Below, in pieces: positions 24,397 through 37,918 of a DNA stretch of 64,000 nt (positions are counted from its first letter, which is position 1; every line of letters starts with the position of its first letter). The notes beneath the pieces were generated by a model. It did no database searches. It had not been told where the DNA came from and worked only from the letters and a program-made list of their open reading frames with translations. The stretch comes from Bigelowiella natans CCMP2755. Its lineage: Eukaryota; Protista; Cercozoa. Position numbers and translations under genes: made by a program. The DNA lies in the NCBI GenBank assembly GCA_000320545.1, contig ADNK01002135.1, positions 1-64,000 on the forward strand. The letters are read 5' to 3'.

Positions 24397-25707
24397 ATGG
24401 CGGTCCTCTCTCTTGCTCTCTTGGTCGGGGCTGCAGCCGTGGTTGACTCGACTGCAATGTCTCGTGCCTCAACCAGCAGCCGTAATGTGCGCACCAATCT
24501 CTTCGATGGATCCAGACGTATGGGAGCTATGAACAAAGTCAACTCCCGTACAACCTCCATGCCGGCTGCAGCAACCGCTCTTGGTATCGAGAAGACTCGG
24601 AGAGCATCCTTGACTTCAACCGCAAGGAAAACCCTCACCTCCCTCACCGATAATCCCATCCAAAAAACCGGACGCGCCATCAAGACCGCAGTGAAAGGTG
24701 GTCTCAATGCTGCGGGAAGGTCGGCTGGGGCGCGTTACACCTCAGCAGACTGGTTCCGCAACATCAAATCTCTGTCTAGATCGGATATTCTTCGCCGTAT
24801 CTCGGGTCACCTTTTCTTCAATATTTTTATAGCAATAGTCGGTGCAGCATGGCACGCATACTACCCTGAAACCTTCCTTAACTTGGGAACAACTGGACAC
24901 TCGCTCTCGGGCGCAGCGCTATCGCTGTTGCTCGTATTCCGCACTAACTCGGCATACGACCGTTTCTGGGAAGCTCGTAAGATTCTGGGTTCAGTAGTAG
25001 ATAACTCTCGTGGCCTCTCACGCATCGCGCCTACCGCCCTACCACCACAGCAAGCACATGAATTCGGCCGCATGATCATCGCGTTCCCCTATATGCTGCG
25101 CTTGCACCTTACAGGCCGTGGGCAAATTCCAATCAAGGATACCACTGACGCGCCTGATGTGTTGCCATACATCGATGGCAAGAAGGTCGAAACAATCGAA
25201 TCGTACTTCTCCAAGCCATTTGCCACGTTGTCTCTGATGAACCAGATCCTGCATTCCAAGAATGCTCAATATCCAGATGAGGACCCTGAGAAGACTCTGG
25301 TAATGCTGCCGCAGCGCCAGATTCTCCAGCGCAACGTTAACTTGCTTGCAGCGAATACTGGTGCTTGTGAGCGAATTCTTGGATGTCCCGTACCACTATC
25401 TTACTCCCGTCATCTCTCCCGTTACCTCACAATCTGGAGCGCAACCTTACCGTTTGTCCTTGCGCCACTACTAGGATGGACCTCTGTTCCGGTAATTGCA
25501 GCTATTTGTTGGTCGCTGTTCTCCATTGAGGAGGTGGGGCACATGATCGAAGAGCCTTTCGCTGCTCTACCATACGACCAGGTGCAGACCAAGCGTGTGG
25601 CTGACGTCATTAAGCGCGATACCCTCGCCATGTACAAGCAGCAGCTAGGCATTGATCTTGCTGACGAAGTAGCCACCACAAAGCAAGCGGAGCTTGCTTC
25701 AGCTTGA
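24397..25707 (+). CDS. Bestrophin-like anion channel (UPF0187/VCCN1/BST type) with probable bipartite plastid-targeting leader, intronless
   Basis: LLLVFRTNSAYDRFWEARK, GACERILGCPVPLSYSRH and IEEVGHMIEEPF. N-terminal hydrophobic signal followed by an S/T/R-rich extension. Confidence 0.92.
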   Translation: MAVLSLALLVGAAAVVDSTAMSRASTSSRNVRTNLFDGSRRMGAMNKVNSRTTSMPAAATALGIEKTRRASLTSTARKTLTSLTDNPIQKTGRAIKTAVKGGLNAAGRSAGARYTSADWFRNIKSLSRSDILRRISGHLFFNIFIAIVGAAWHAYYPETFLNLGTTGHSLSGAALSLLLVFRTNSAYDRFWEARKILGSVVDNSRGLSRIAPTALPPQQAHEFGRMIIAFPYMLRLHLTGRGQIPIKDTTDAPDVLPYIDGKKVETIESYFSKPFATLSLMNQILHSKNAQYPDEDPEKTLVMLPQRQILQRNVNLLAANTGACERILGCPVPLSYSRHLSRYLTIWSATLPFVLAPLLGWTSVPVIAAICWSLFSIEEVGHMIEEPFAALPYDQVQTKRVADVIKRDTLAMYKQQLGIDLADEVATTKQAELASA

Positions 25708-27053
25708 GGCAGTATTGGATGTATGGGTGTCATTGTGTCATGATGGAAAGAAGACATCCACCATTGTTTACATGTCACAGCGAATGGATGCTATGGATTT
25801 CATTTCCGTGAGATATTTTCAGTTAGGAAATTTCCATGTCGTTAAGCTTTTCAACGCTCGTTCGTGCACAACTAGACAATGCCATGTTCGTTTTCTCATT
25901 CATGTCGATACTTCAAAGCCGGCAAGGCATGCACGTCAGCCACACTGCAAGCACTAGCTAGCTAGCTAGAGCACACTGATCGATGCAATGCTAGCAATGG
26001 TGTTGACTAGTTGAGTTCATCCATGCTAGCATGCTAGCATGCAGTCCTGCGCGCCTGCGATGGTGCTCTAGTGCTTTCTCCGTTCTCAACAAATGCTAGA
26101 AATGACCTGATCTGCAATGCTAGTCTAGCTAGCAGTGCTAGCAGTGGCCATTCTAGCATGTTGCTTGCACGTTGTTGGCAAGCTCCAGAGCTAACAGCAA
26201 GGTTGGCTAGCTGGTGGAGGCCAAGCCAGTGCTGCTAGACTGCTAGACTGGAGCAAGCTGGCAAGAGTGCTAGAGTGTGTCAGTGCTGGTGCAACACAAC
26301 CGCAAACCCGAAAGTTTGCTTGGACGGACTAGCTTGTCAAGCTAGCCATGGCCAGCGAATTGCCCGATCAAGTGAACGATGGTGATGATTGGGAATGTCT
26401 TCAGTGCACTGTGGTTGATCACTTTTGTTGGTTTGGTTCATCCAGGCAAACTTCACTGGTTTGGCACGCCAGCACGCACGGCACGAACACTGCCCGCAAG
26501 CTGTCAAGCGACAAAAGTTCATGCCTGGTGCGTTGATGCGTTCGATCAAGGTCTGCTGTCGGGTGATCTAGTGATGTGATCTGGCAATCCAGCAATGGCA
26601 ATCGAACCCTCTAGCTAGCTAGCTAGCTAACCCTCACTTTCCTACGTGCTAGCGTGTGCGCGTGCAACAAACATCAATCCTTGTCACCTGGCTAGCTGGT
26701 CAACGCACAAGCACTTGATCAATCTGAACGTCGTTCAGGCGCTTTGTGCCAAATCTCAGAGAAATGGCTTTCTGTCAGCTTCGTGATAAGAAACAAACCG
26801 ATGATTTGACTGAACCTTTCTCTTTTTGCACATCCCAGATCTTTTAGTATGAGCAAAACTGAGGCCAATATTTTACTTAAGGAAACATTTTTTAGATATT
26901 ATACGCATGAATTATTGTCTAAGGTTACCTTCAGATTCCTTATTCTAATTTGTGGGCTGGACTTTGCTCAACGAAGATGGGGTCATGAGCACTGAAGCTT
27001 CTATGCATTTTGAACTCTCCTTTGATACACGAGAGAGCGAGAGCGAGAGCGAG

Positions 27054-27112
<59 letters not shown>

Positions 27113-27259
27113 TTGAAATGTGCACATGAAGATACATCATCGTCAAGAATCTTTTTCTATTTCAGAGTAACCCTGGCTACCATCGCAAACAACTAAGCTA
27201 GAGTGGTGTCGACGGCTTCAACATCAGTTTTTGCCTTTGTTATCATACCTGGAGAAGCC

Positions 27260-28656
27260 ATGCCATCCAACATCTTCGGTTATCCTGAATCGTACCTCAA
27301 GGTGGGTGGGACGAGAGCAAAAGAACGAAGAGAAGACGCAGAAGATTTTCACATGTTCCAGTGGATTCGCTCAAAATTTGTTAATGCTTCCTAGAAGACC
27401 TCGCTGTAAATTCTTCCCATTCGCTTTATCCCTCCTCCTCCTCCTCCTCCTCCTCCTCCTCCTCCTCCTCCTCCTCCTCCTCCCACATCTCCCTCTCAGA
27501 GCTTACGGTATCTTGCCCATGACTTTAAGCACTCGCTGCAAAAGATTGGCAAGCGTGATCGACTCTGCCAAGGTGATAGCGAACAAAATGAATGGCGACA
27601 TGGAATTCGGAGTAGAATAGGGTTTTCTCTGTTTGCACACAGTCATGAGACAAACAACCCTCTATCATCAAACCAGACTACTTGTTTACTGTTATCATCA
27701 TCAGAGTTGGAGGCTGACCTCGAGGTAGATCGTGGAGCATACCTCAAGCATCTGGAACGTCAAGTCAGGGTACGTCACACACATGCAACGACAGAATGTG
27801 TTAACTAATATAGTGAGTGTGTGTGTGTGTGTGTGTGTGTATGTGCCGGGGGCGTGTTTTATTGATGATAATAACATCGGCCATACAGCTCGCAGGCCCC
27901 CGCAGAAAGCGGCCACGGCGGTCAGTGGCCATTATTGACGGCGAGGAGGACGGAAGAGATACGGCAGCAGAAAGCTCACAACAACAACAACAACAACAAC
28001 GAGGAAGGGGGAAGGGAGGTGCAATATCCTCAAATTACGAGACAGCAGGCACATCATCATCATCAGCATCATCATTATCATCATCACGTGCAGGAGAAGC
28101 AGCAAGAGTGTCGGCGATCTCAAACAACAAGCAAGGTAGTTAGTTCCCCTTTTGTATGACAAGAAGTGTAGGTATATGAAGTGTGCGTGTGTGTGTGTGT
28201 TTGTGTTTGCGTGGTTCGTGAGTTTGAGTGATACTTTTACGATAATGCATGAGAGATGACCAACGCTATGAGTCCTCCATAATCATAGCACAATACGTCA
28301 CAGGAACTCCGTCAGATGGGATGACGTCAACGACGAGTGATGCCAGTCATCATGCTTCTTTTGCAGCGACAGCGACTTCGTCATTATTAGGCAGCAGCAG
28401 CAATGCAGGGGGGGGACATCATCCCTACTACCACTTCCACCCCCCCCCCGTTAAATTTGCATCTGTTGATGTGCCCGGGGTGCCGCCGACAATTTACGAA
28501 ATAGAGGTCGGTGGAATAGCGACAAGAACACATTGTCTATGAACCATTGTTGCTGCTGCTGCCTTGATGCTTAACATCATTATTCTTGCGGTTCTCCAAA
28601 ATGACCGAGCTATAGCACTATTGACAATCTCAGGAGCCCTCACCATATTATACAGG

Positions 28657-28690
<34 letters not shown>

Positions 28691-29533
28691 GTATATAAAT
28701 GTATATAATATTTAATATTACTAATTCCGCTACTACTACTACTACTACTACTACTGCTGCTGCTACTGCTGATGGTGCCTAACAGAGACTTGGACAGTTT
28801 CAACGACGACTGAGAGAGCGTAACGTTGCTGCAGCCCAAGAAATGATCGATATGGTCAGCAAGCGAGAGGGCATCGTATTTCCGATAGATAGTCAATGCA
28901 GTGATGTTTCTAAGATACGTCGTGCCTTTGGCGTTTGCTGCTGTGTTATTCTTACAAACGTGGACTATGCAAAACTATCTTCTTAATTAAACACAGAGAA
29001 AGGGAGGCAACTTCGTCAACAACATCCTCGCCGATATATTTCCTAGTCTCTTAACCTGTTCCTATTTGTCCTCCTCCTCCTCCTCCTCCTCCTCCTTCTC
29101 CTCCTTCTCCTTCTTAGATCGACCGCTCAGTGCTGAATCTTGATCTTACTGTGAAGGTAGTAGTGTTTTTTCCCTCTTCCCCCCCCCTCCCCCATCCTCT
29201 TTCCGAATGCATCCAACGCACAAAGAATAATTGATTTCGCTGGTATGCTACCGAATTGTTCATCAACGTCTGGAGAGAGATATCCTCCAGCTCATCATCA
29301 CTTTACACATCGTCATCATCAGCAACATCATAGACTCAATAATCTTCCTCAGGCCTTTGAATTAGAGCTTCGGAGGGACAATCCCACCGTAATGAACGAC
29401 GAAGAGTTCTTGATATATAAATTCAATTTTATGATGTTTCAGCTCTACACACCACCACCAATATGTGTTTCCCTGCCCCGTGCCAATCGTGAGAACACGC
29501 GTCGCAGGCATGAGACAAATCATGTTTTATTCT

Positions 29534-29597
<64 letters not shown>

Positions 29598-29709
29598 CCA
29601 TTCTTGAAAGGTCACGAGTGAACCAGCAAACATGCGCGAATTTCCACTGATTGACGTTCCTGGTGAAGTAAAGGACCTGATCAAGGTCGTGTAGATAGAA
29701 ACGATGAAG

Positions 29710-29745
<36 letters not shown>

Positions 29746-30153
29746 TTATATACAGTGACAATGATGAATATATAGTCAAGCAATGCAGAAATACCCCTTC
29801 ACACATCATTAGTTGGCATACACGCGGTCGCCGAGGTGGTGCCAGGCACAAAGGAATATCGAAGGCTTCATCGGTAATAATATCCGTAACATGCAGCCTC
29901 TTCTTATACTCGTTTTCTAGAATAGGGTAGAGGGGGGGGGGGGGGGATGAAGTATTTTGTAAAGTTTCGGGTTTCATGCAGTAGTCTGAGACTCTTCTTT
30001 ACATTGTTGTTAATGTTGTTGTTGTTCTTCTTCTTCTTCTTCTTCTTCTTCTTCTTCTTCTTGTTATTGTTGTTGTTTATGTATCCTTGACGACGCAGCG
30101 GGCGGGAGGAGGAGGAGGAGGGGAAAGGCAAGGGACTGGGCAACAAAGTATAC

Positions 30154-30201
<48 letters not shown>

Positions 30202-30338
30202 GTGTTTCGTGTTGTGTACTTTTATAACACGTAATAGGGAGATTCATTCATTTATTAATCATCATATTATTGTCTCATCATGATTATTACTATTACATTC
30301 AAGATGTGCCCTTGAGGTATATTTAAATAAATAAATAA

Positions 30339-30371
<33 letters not shown>

Positions 30372-31391
30372 TATACGTTTGTGTGTGCGCGCGCGCGTGT
30401 GTGTATGTGTGTGCGTCTGTGTGTATGTGCATAAATATTGATGGCGCTCAGGTTGGTGCAACACATGAAGACGGCGATGATGCAATTTACGACGACGAGG
30501 AGAAGGAGGACCAGAACACCAAGAAAAAGGAAGGGCAAGATCTATACTGCTACTGCAGAAATGTACCTTACACGCTCTCCCTAGTCGTAGATGTGCATCA
30601 AATCATCAGTGTAGTATTAGTATTTTTCTTTATGTGCGATTGGCTATTCTTATCCCGTTATTATCTGTGCTTTTAAAATATACATCATCACCTTTTCTCC
30701 TGATCATGAGTGTATTTTATTGCTGGTGTTGTCGTCGTCGTCGTCGTGGAAAATCAAGGTTTATCACGGACGTATGGTGGGCTGCGACAACGATAAGTAA
30801 TGCCCCCACCCGCTGTGCATTCAACCTCCAATGTTTTCATGTTATTATTCGGTCATTGGTCTTCGTCTTCCTCATAGCTACTGTTACATCTATATCTATC
30901 CACATTCCTCGATATTTCTACTTCGGTATTGAAGGTAGGATAGCCATGTTTCTATTGCTCTTATCATTCATATATGCTATTCATATGCTATTATAAATGG
31001 CCCTAAATCACTACCTCGAAACGTTACTCTCAGCTGCAAGCTGGAATGGTTTCACTACGAGTGTGTTGGTCTTAAGGAAGATCCCAAGTAAGTAAGGATG
31101 TGCGTGCGTGCGTATTTATGTATGTATGCATGTGTGTGTGTGTGTGTGTGTGTGTGAATAATGGCAGATGAACTTAGATCTTAGTGCGATAGCACCAATG
31201 CCACAAAAAAGGAATGATTTTGTCCTTTATTGGGGAAAGCAAGAATTGTCGTCGTTGTTGAACATTAGAGTTTAAAACTCGTTTATTAGAGTTAATAATA
31301 TTATGAATTTGAACAAAAAAGGGGGAAATGGTATTGCCCAGACTGCAGGCTAAATCCGTCAACGCACAACAAAAAAAGTCTGAGCGCCTGA
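27260..31391 (+). CDS. ING-family (inhibitor of growth) PHD-finger chromatin reader, many exons
   Basis: N-terminal ING-like helices (YPESYLK..LP; ERNVAAAQEMIDM|IDRSVLNLDLTVK|AFELEL). The C-terminal PHD is split over four exons: LYCYCRN|VYHGRMVGCDND|CKLEWFHYECVGLKEDPK|GKWYCPDC. Stop TGA at 31389-31391. Confidence 0.88.
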
Positions 31392-31422
31392 TGCCAAGAC
31401 AAAGACTAAAAGAACCACGAGA

Positions 31423-31468
<46 letters not shown>

Positions 31469-32379
31469 GCTCTCTCTCTTGAGGAATTCGTGAAGTCGCA
31501 ATGTAAAGTCAATCACGTCACACATTTGGGTGATGCGTTAGCCATTTCGTGGCAACAACATGAATCATGTCACATCTGTTACAAGCACACGCAAAGCAGG
31601 CTAGCAGGCTGCAGGTGGCCGCGCAAACATGGACACATGCATGCATCATGCAGTTGTGTTGCATTCGACGTGCAGCTGCCTGCAGATGTGGCTTGTGCAT
31701 GCATCCCCCTGCTAGCCTAGCCCCCACCTAGCCACACACGCTAGCTAGCTAGCATGCAATGACACACCTTGACCATTCATCACAGTGTGCATTGTGCGCA
31801 TGTCCATTGTCTTGTGATTGTCGTGCAGCAGCAGCAGTGCATGCTCGTCACACGCGCGCAATGACTAGATGACGCTGTCGCAACATCCGATTGTTCTAGC
31901 GATCATGCATGCATCATGCAAGATTTCCATTGGCAAACTTCCTCTAGTGCACACAACAATTTCCAACAAATGACGAATTTTGTCATGATTCAGTCTTTTT
32001 TGTTACGAAGTTTCTAGGATGTGTTCTTCATCATTCTATCCAAAGGCGTTTCTTCTGTGCGACATGAAACAAATGCTGTCTCAGGACAAAAACAGCTCTG
32101 CTCGTAGGCAGAAAATACTTGGAAGCCGGCATCGAGTCGGATCGTTCGTAAAACATGCATGCCAGACCCTCTAAACGAGCGTGGGGGAGTCTTTGAGAAC
32201 TAGACGGACATCATCCGACCGTCACCAGTCGTCTTGCTTTGTCTGTTGTCTGGGGCCACCATTTTGGCCTGGCGATGGGATGAGCCTAGCTTCCGCAGTC
32301 CTTCCGGTAGGGTATTTTGCTGTGTAATGTAGACGATCGTTAATGGCAACTTCTGCTGCATCTTCTTTCAATAAAGGCC

Positions 32380-32838
32380 TTGGTGTTATCCTTTCTCTAC
32401 ACTTACCAACCGCATGATACCGGAAGTCGCAGAGACCGCCCGGGAAGGCTCGCAACACGCTTTCAAGGAAATGCTTACAGAGTAAAGCGGCGGCAGCAAC
32501 CAGGAGCTCCTTATTATCGGCAAAGGATCAATAGGCACGAGCGATTCGGAGCAGAGGACGTAAAAAAGGGGGGGGAAGACAAGAAACAACAAGGAGAAGA
32601 TGATGAAGAAGAAGAAGAAGAAGAAGAAGAAGGAGAAGCGGAGATTCCGGTGCAAGTAGAAGCAACCCAAAATATCGACGACTATGACCCTACTGACGAC
32701 GCTTACGATGCTCTGGAAGTAGTGGAAGTAAGATCAAACGTGCATAGGGAACATGCGTTTATCCTTAAAACATATGTACATATGTATGTGTGTGTGTTTC
32801 TGTGTGTGTGTTTCTGTGTGTGTGTTTCTGTGTGTGTG

Positions 32839-32878
<40 letters not shown>

Positions 32879-35562
32879 ACAGGGTTGGCGGGGCTACTTC
32901 TATTATTAACGTATAAACCAAGCGACAACAATGATTTAGAGGGGGTTGAAGATGTTGGACCGACAACACAAATGATCATCTGATAATCTCTCTCAGGATG
33001 AAGAAGAGCGTGAAGAGACGAAAAAACCACTTCCAATGTTGCGTTTTTCTTCTCCCACCACGATGCCAACCAACCACCCAACTCCTGCGTTGAATAAGGG
33101 AGATTTCGTCATGTACAAAGGGTATGCTCCCCCTCCTCTCATCGTCTTTTCTCGCCTAATTGAACACTTTTGTGTAAAATTTTCATATTATTTCAAATGC
33201 ACGGTAGGACGCTGGGAGTTATTTCTGTCGTGGATTGGCAGTAATATACTATTCAATTGAATATGCCGTTGATGATAATTATGTGTATTTTCTTTACACC
33301 TTGAAAGAGAACTAATGAATTGTTGATTCTGATTCTACGAAACACGCTCATCAAAACCGTGTTGCAGGGCCTTAAAACTTATCGATGTCGTCCCCAAACC
33401 ATCACTTTCGTTGAAATATATTAGTACTCTGCCATCATGTCTAAAACTGCATTTTCCTTAAATTAACATACATGAATGTATCTCCCCTCCTCCCCCCCCT
33501 TTCCCCATCCATCCTTCTCATCCTTCCCATCCATGAAAGCGGTCAATCGTACGGCATCACGTTTCCTGAGGATCCAGAGCGAGGGGCAAACACTCCCTGG
33601 GAATCTCGCCACATCTCAACCATAACTGACGTTGATGTTCTGGAAAAACTAGCCAAGAAGTATCGTCGGCATGACGCAAATCGCGAAGCCGACAAGAACA
33701 ACAATATAGCCGCCCTGCGTGCCAGGCGCCGCAATTTCTCCCCCAGTCTGACCCCCCCTCCTTCACGCAAGGGAAGGAGGGGCCCACAGACGCCGCCCAA
33801 GTTTGGCGACCGTGACCATAGCGGCGAGCAACGACACGACGACACAGAAGAGTACAATGATGTGAGGAATAGCAAGCGTGGAAATGAGGGCAATAAACTG
33901 TGGCGGCGTCGAGGTGGTGGTGGTGGTGGTGGTGGTACGGCTTTGAAGTGCGATTCTACCAGAAAAGGGAGGGACGATGGGAGAATATGCTCAGATAACA
34001 ATAGCAGAGCAAAGCAGCAACGAGGTGTTGTTGTTGTTGATGATGATGATGATAATGATAATGGGAGGCGGCAAATGCGCGACTACACAGGTGCTGGCGC
34101 CTTCACTTTTCGGAGAAATCGGCATCGCAACAAGCCCCACCCCAGCAACAGAAGACGACGACGAATAACGGGCCTAGAAGGAGGGGGCGGGTTAGGAATG
34201 GGGAAGAAGGGGACTTCTTCAAATGGATACGGGAACCATAAACGTGACGCAACGACAACAACGAGTCTTATTAAGAAACATAGAAAGCAGAGAAGACGAC
34301 AAGAAACGTCAAGACCTCCTGCTCCTGCTTCTGCTGATGCTGCTGCTACACGAGAGAAAGGAGGAGGACAAGGTGGAAAGAAGGGAGGGAAAGGCAGAAT
34401 GACGACGACGACGACGACGACAACGACGACGACGGCTAAAGTCGGTTCTGTACTGTCCAAGAAGGTGGGAGGAGGTGCTGATGTTCCTAACGGTGCAGCT
34501 TCCATCCTGTTTCAGCGCCTCAACAACAACAATCCCTTCAAAGTATCAAAACAGCAAAAAAAGAAGAAAAGAAAGGGGGGGGGGTGGACGCGGGACGAGG
34601 GGCAGGGAGGGGAGGAGGAAGTGAAGGCTGAAGGTACGATACGGCAGAAGGGCAAAGGTACACAAAGAGGCAACCAACTAAGAAAGGAGGAGGAGGAGGA
34701 GGAGGAGGAGGAGGAGGGGGACGAAGAAGAAGAACAGCGATACATGCTAAGCAGTGAGGAGGAGGAAGAGGAAAGGGGCAACACCAGCACTGACAATGAA
34801 GAAAATATGGAGGCTGACGCCTACCGACAAAGAAAAGGAGTTGAGGGGGGGGAAGGTGGATGCTTGCTACGATGCGTGTCTTCATCTGCGCTATCGCTCA
34901 CGGTGGGCGGGGCGTTTGTAGAGCCTGGTAGCAGCTTTGTCGTTCCTCATCAGAGTACAACGACAGGCTTGGAGCTGAAACCACAACAACAACAACAACA
35001 ACAAGTGGAGGAAGAGAAGGGAGGGGGAGCCGAAGGAGGGAGAAGACAGAGAACAGAGACAACAAGAAGAGGGGTATTAAATAGGAGCAGTTGGTGGAGG
35101 ATTAGCAGGGCTGATCTTCTCGTATTTCCTGGAGAAGTTAGAGAAGGGGGAGGGAGGGGAGGGGGGGGGGGGTACAAGAACCAAGGGGGGAAAAAAGAAG
35201 TTGGGGAAAGAGAAGAGGAAAACAAAAAGAAAGAAAATGGCGGGTCGGAGGATATGTCTTGGACCTCTTTTCTCTGTGATCCCCTCCGCATCATTAAGAA
35301 AGACTCACGTGAGGGCAAAGCGATTGGGACATTGTTGGAAGAAGTCAAGAAATCATCTGGCATTGATATCCGTATTCTCAACCAAAGGCATCCATTGAGC
35401 CCTGGAGCTGCCTTGCTTCGTGTATGGTCTATACAACCGACCTCAGCGATCATTATATTGGACAGATCCATTGTGAGCAAATCCCTGACCCCCCCCCCCC
35501 CCCCCGTTCTTACTATCAAAATATACATATCCATTAAATTATAATATTCATATAAATATATA

Positions 35563-35604
<42 letters not shown>

Positions 35605-35763
35605 GAGAGCGAGAGTGCGAGAGAGAGTTAATGTCGTCGTCATGTATCCGCAATCAGGGCGAAGGCAGCTGCCTTCACTTCAATTTGGGAACCGAAGCTC
35701 TTTCCACCGTCCCTTTGCGGTTCTGGGAGCGTCTCTCTGCGGTTTATGGTGATAAGAGGTAGC

Positions 35764-35799
<36 letters not shown>

Positions 35800-36821
35800 C
35801 GCCATCATCATCATCATCATCATTATCATCGTCATTATCATCATTATCACACCATCTTCATCCTCAAAGGAAGCTTTTAGCAACTCTCATCATGGCCACT
35901 TACCTCTCACTGCTGTGCTTAACTCAACCCCTCGCTACTGCGCCATCCCTTCCCCCTCTGCGACACACCACAATAATCATAAGATACAACGCTGTGACAA
36001 GTCCTGGAGCGGTGCTGGAAGGCTTGCTATCCTGCCTTCTTACTGCGCTTCAAAAAGGCAGATTTCGGACGATACGACAACCACCGTTAAAGATGTCGGA
36101 GAGTCCTTTGGCAGCAGCAGCGAAGTATAGCGAGGAGCAAGGGAAGCTCCACCATCGCCTTGACCCCCCCCCCACCCCTTTCACGTTCGGATTCGACCGT
36201 CGCTCCCAGGAAAGGGGGGAGAGTGGGAAGCCCTCCGGAGAGAAACAGCGCGTGAGGGAGAAAACCAAACCGGCGAGGGAAAATGAAGGGGGGGAGGGCG
36301 AGGAGGAGTGTGGTATCGACGAGAATGCATCCGTTGCATCATCACCATCAGCAGCAGATTTAAAAGGAGCTAAAAGTGGCTGCTATTCACCAGAATCGAT
36401 GGAAGCAGAGGATGGCAAAGGAGGGGGGGGTGGAGCAGGGGAGGCGGAATGGACGGATGGAGAACAGGTTTGCTAATGCTACTGAATCATCTTCACCGTC
36501 TGGCTCTTTCCTTTTCGATCATCAAACTTGATTAACTGCATATCACATAAAAAAGTATTTATGTCTCAATTCCTTCCTTCTCCTCCGCTCCCCTTTTATT
36601 TCATCAGGCAGACGAGTTTGTAGGCGCGAACACAGAGTCACAGGCACGGAGAGCTTCACATCCCACGAAAAATAATACATATTGATTAGAGGGAGAGAAA
36701 GGGGGGGGGGGGAGAGAAAAAGATGAAAGCGATACCTCTATACGGATGCATGTGTGTGTGTGAGAACGTTCAAGCCATAAGGTTGTTGTTTCTCTCGTCC
36801 TCGCTTTGGCAATTATATTGA

Positions 36822-36856
<35 letters not shown>

Positions 36857-37867
36857 TGTGTGTGCGAGTGTATTACATTTTTAAAAGTATGTATTTTGTG
36901 CGATCCCCTCTTCCCTCCTTCCTCGCTCAAAAGGACAAAGAAGAAGAGGAAAGCAGGGAATGGGCAATGTTCGGCGTGGAGGAGTTGAAGAACAGAATGA
37001 TGATGACGTTAACACCGCACCAGGACAGATACCAAGGGTGTGCAACTAACGATATGAATTTATGTGTTTAATACGTATATTTGTATGAAGACAACGTACG
37101 CAGTACTTTCCAAGCACTCGCCCTCCCCCCCTCCCCCCCTCCCCCCCTCCCCCCCGTCTTTGGCGTTTCCGAGTATTGACTATAGATCTCGAAGGCAAAA
37201 TCGTGATCTAAATATTAACTCACGTTGGCAGCACGACACCGCAGAGCTCAATCGGAAACATTTCCTATCTGTTTTGCTCAGGCTCAACGTGCGGAGAGAA
37301 CCCTGGGCAAACAGCTCGCTGGCAGGGATCCGCATACTACGGGTTGATATGCCGATTTGCGTCGATAAAGTGAGGAAGGCACCTTCCGGGCAATGCTACT
37401 ACCGGATTGAAGGTCGTTGAATGTGCACTGTGTTGTGGTCGCTATCTACGATAGATTCATGTGTCATTTGTGGCTTTCTGTCATCCCTCATCATCATCAC
37501 CATCACCATGTATTTCATCATTAGAGGGGGCTCCAAAGGGTGCAAAGGGGTGGGTAGTGGGACAAGTTCCCGACGATGTCTCCCAGCAGCTGCTTGTTCC
37601 CTACCTCCCCCCCTCTTCTCCTCTCACCACTACCAATGCTACAACTACCACAAACAACAAGATGAGTGCTCGCGTGGAGATCCTCCCTCCCCCCTCCGAG
37701 GAGCTGCGTGGCCCGAGACCCGAGGCACCAGTGATTAGTATTAAGGGGGGGGTGCCGCTCACCAGAGCTGCACGACGTTGGATGGGTATTGCCGCAAGAG
37801 AACTCAGGAGCGTTGTTGCGACGTCGTTTGCAAATATTAAGGTGTTTATCTCAAAATATCGTTTTGA

Positions 37868-37918
<51 letters not shown>

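Noticed and set aside
26348-26536. Small ORF with RanBP2-like WECLQCT
   Set aside because: The second half of the zinc finger is missing, and the ORF lies in a TG/CA-rich island that yields Cys/Trp codons by chance.
33472-35544. 690-aa ORF as a stand-alone gene
   Set aside because: Both ends run into intron-like sequence; treated as a large internal exon.
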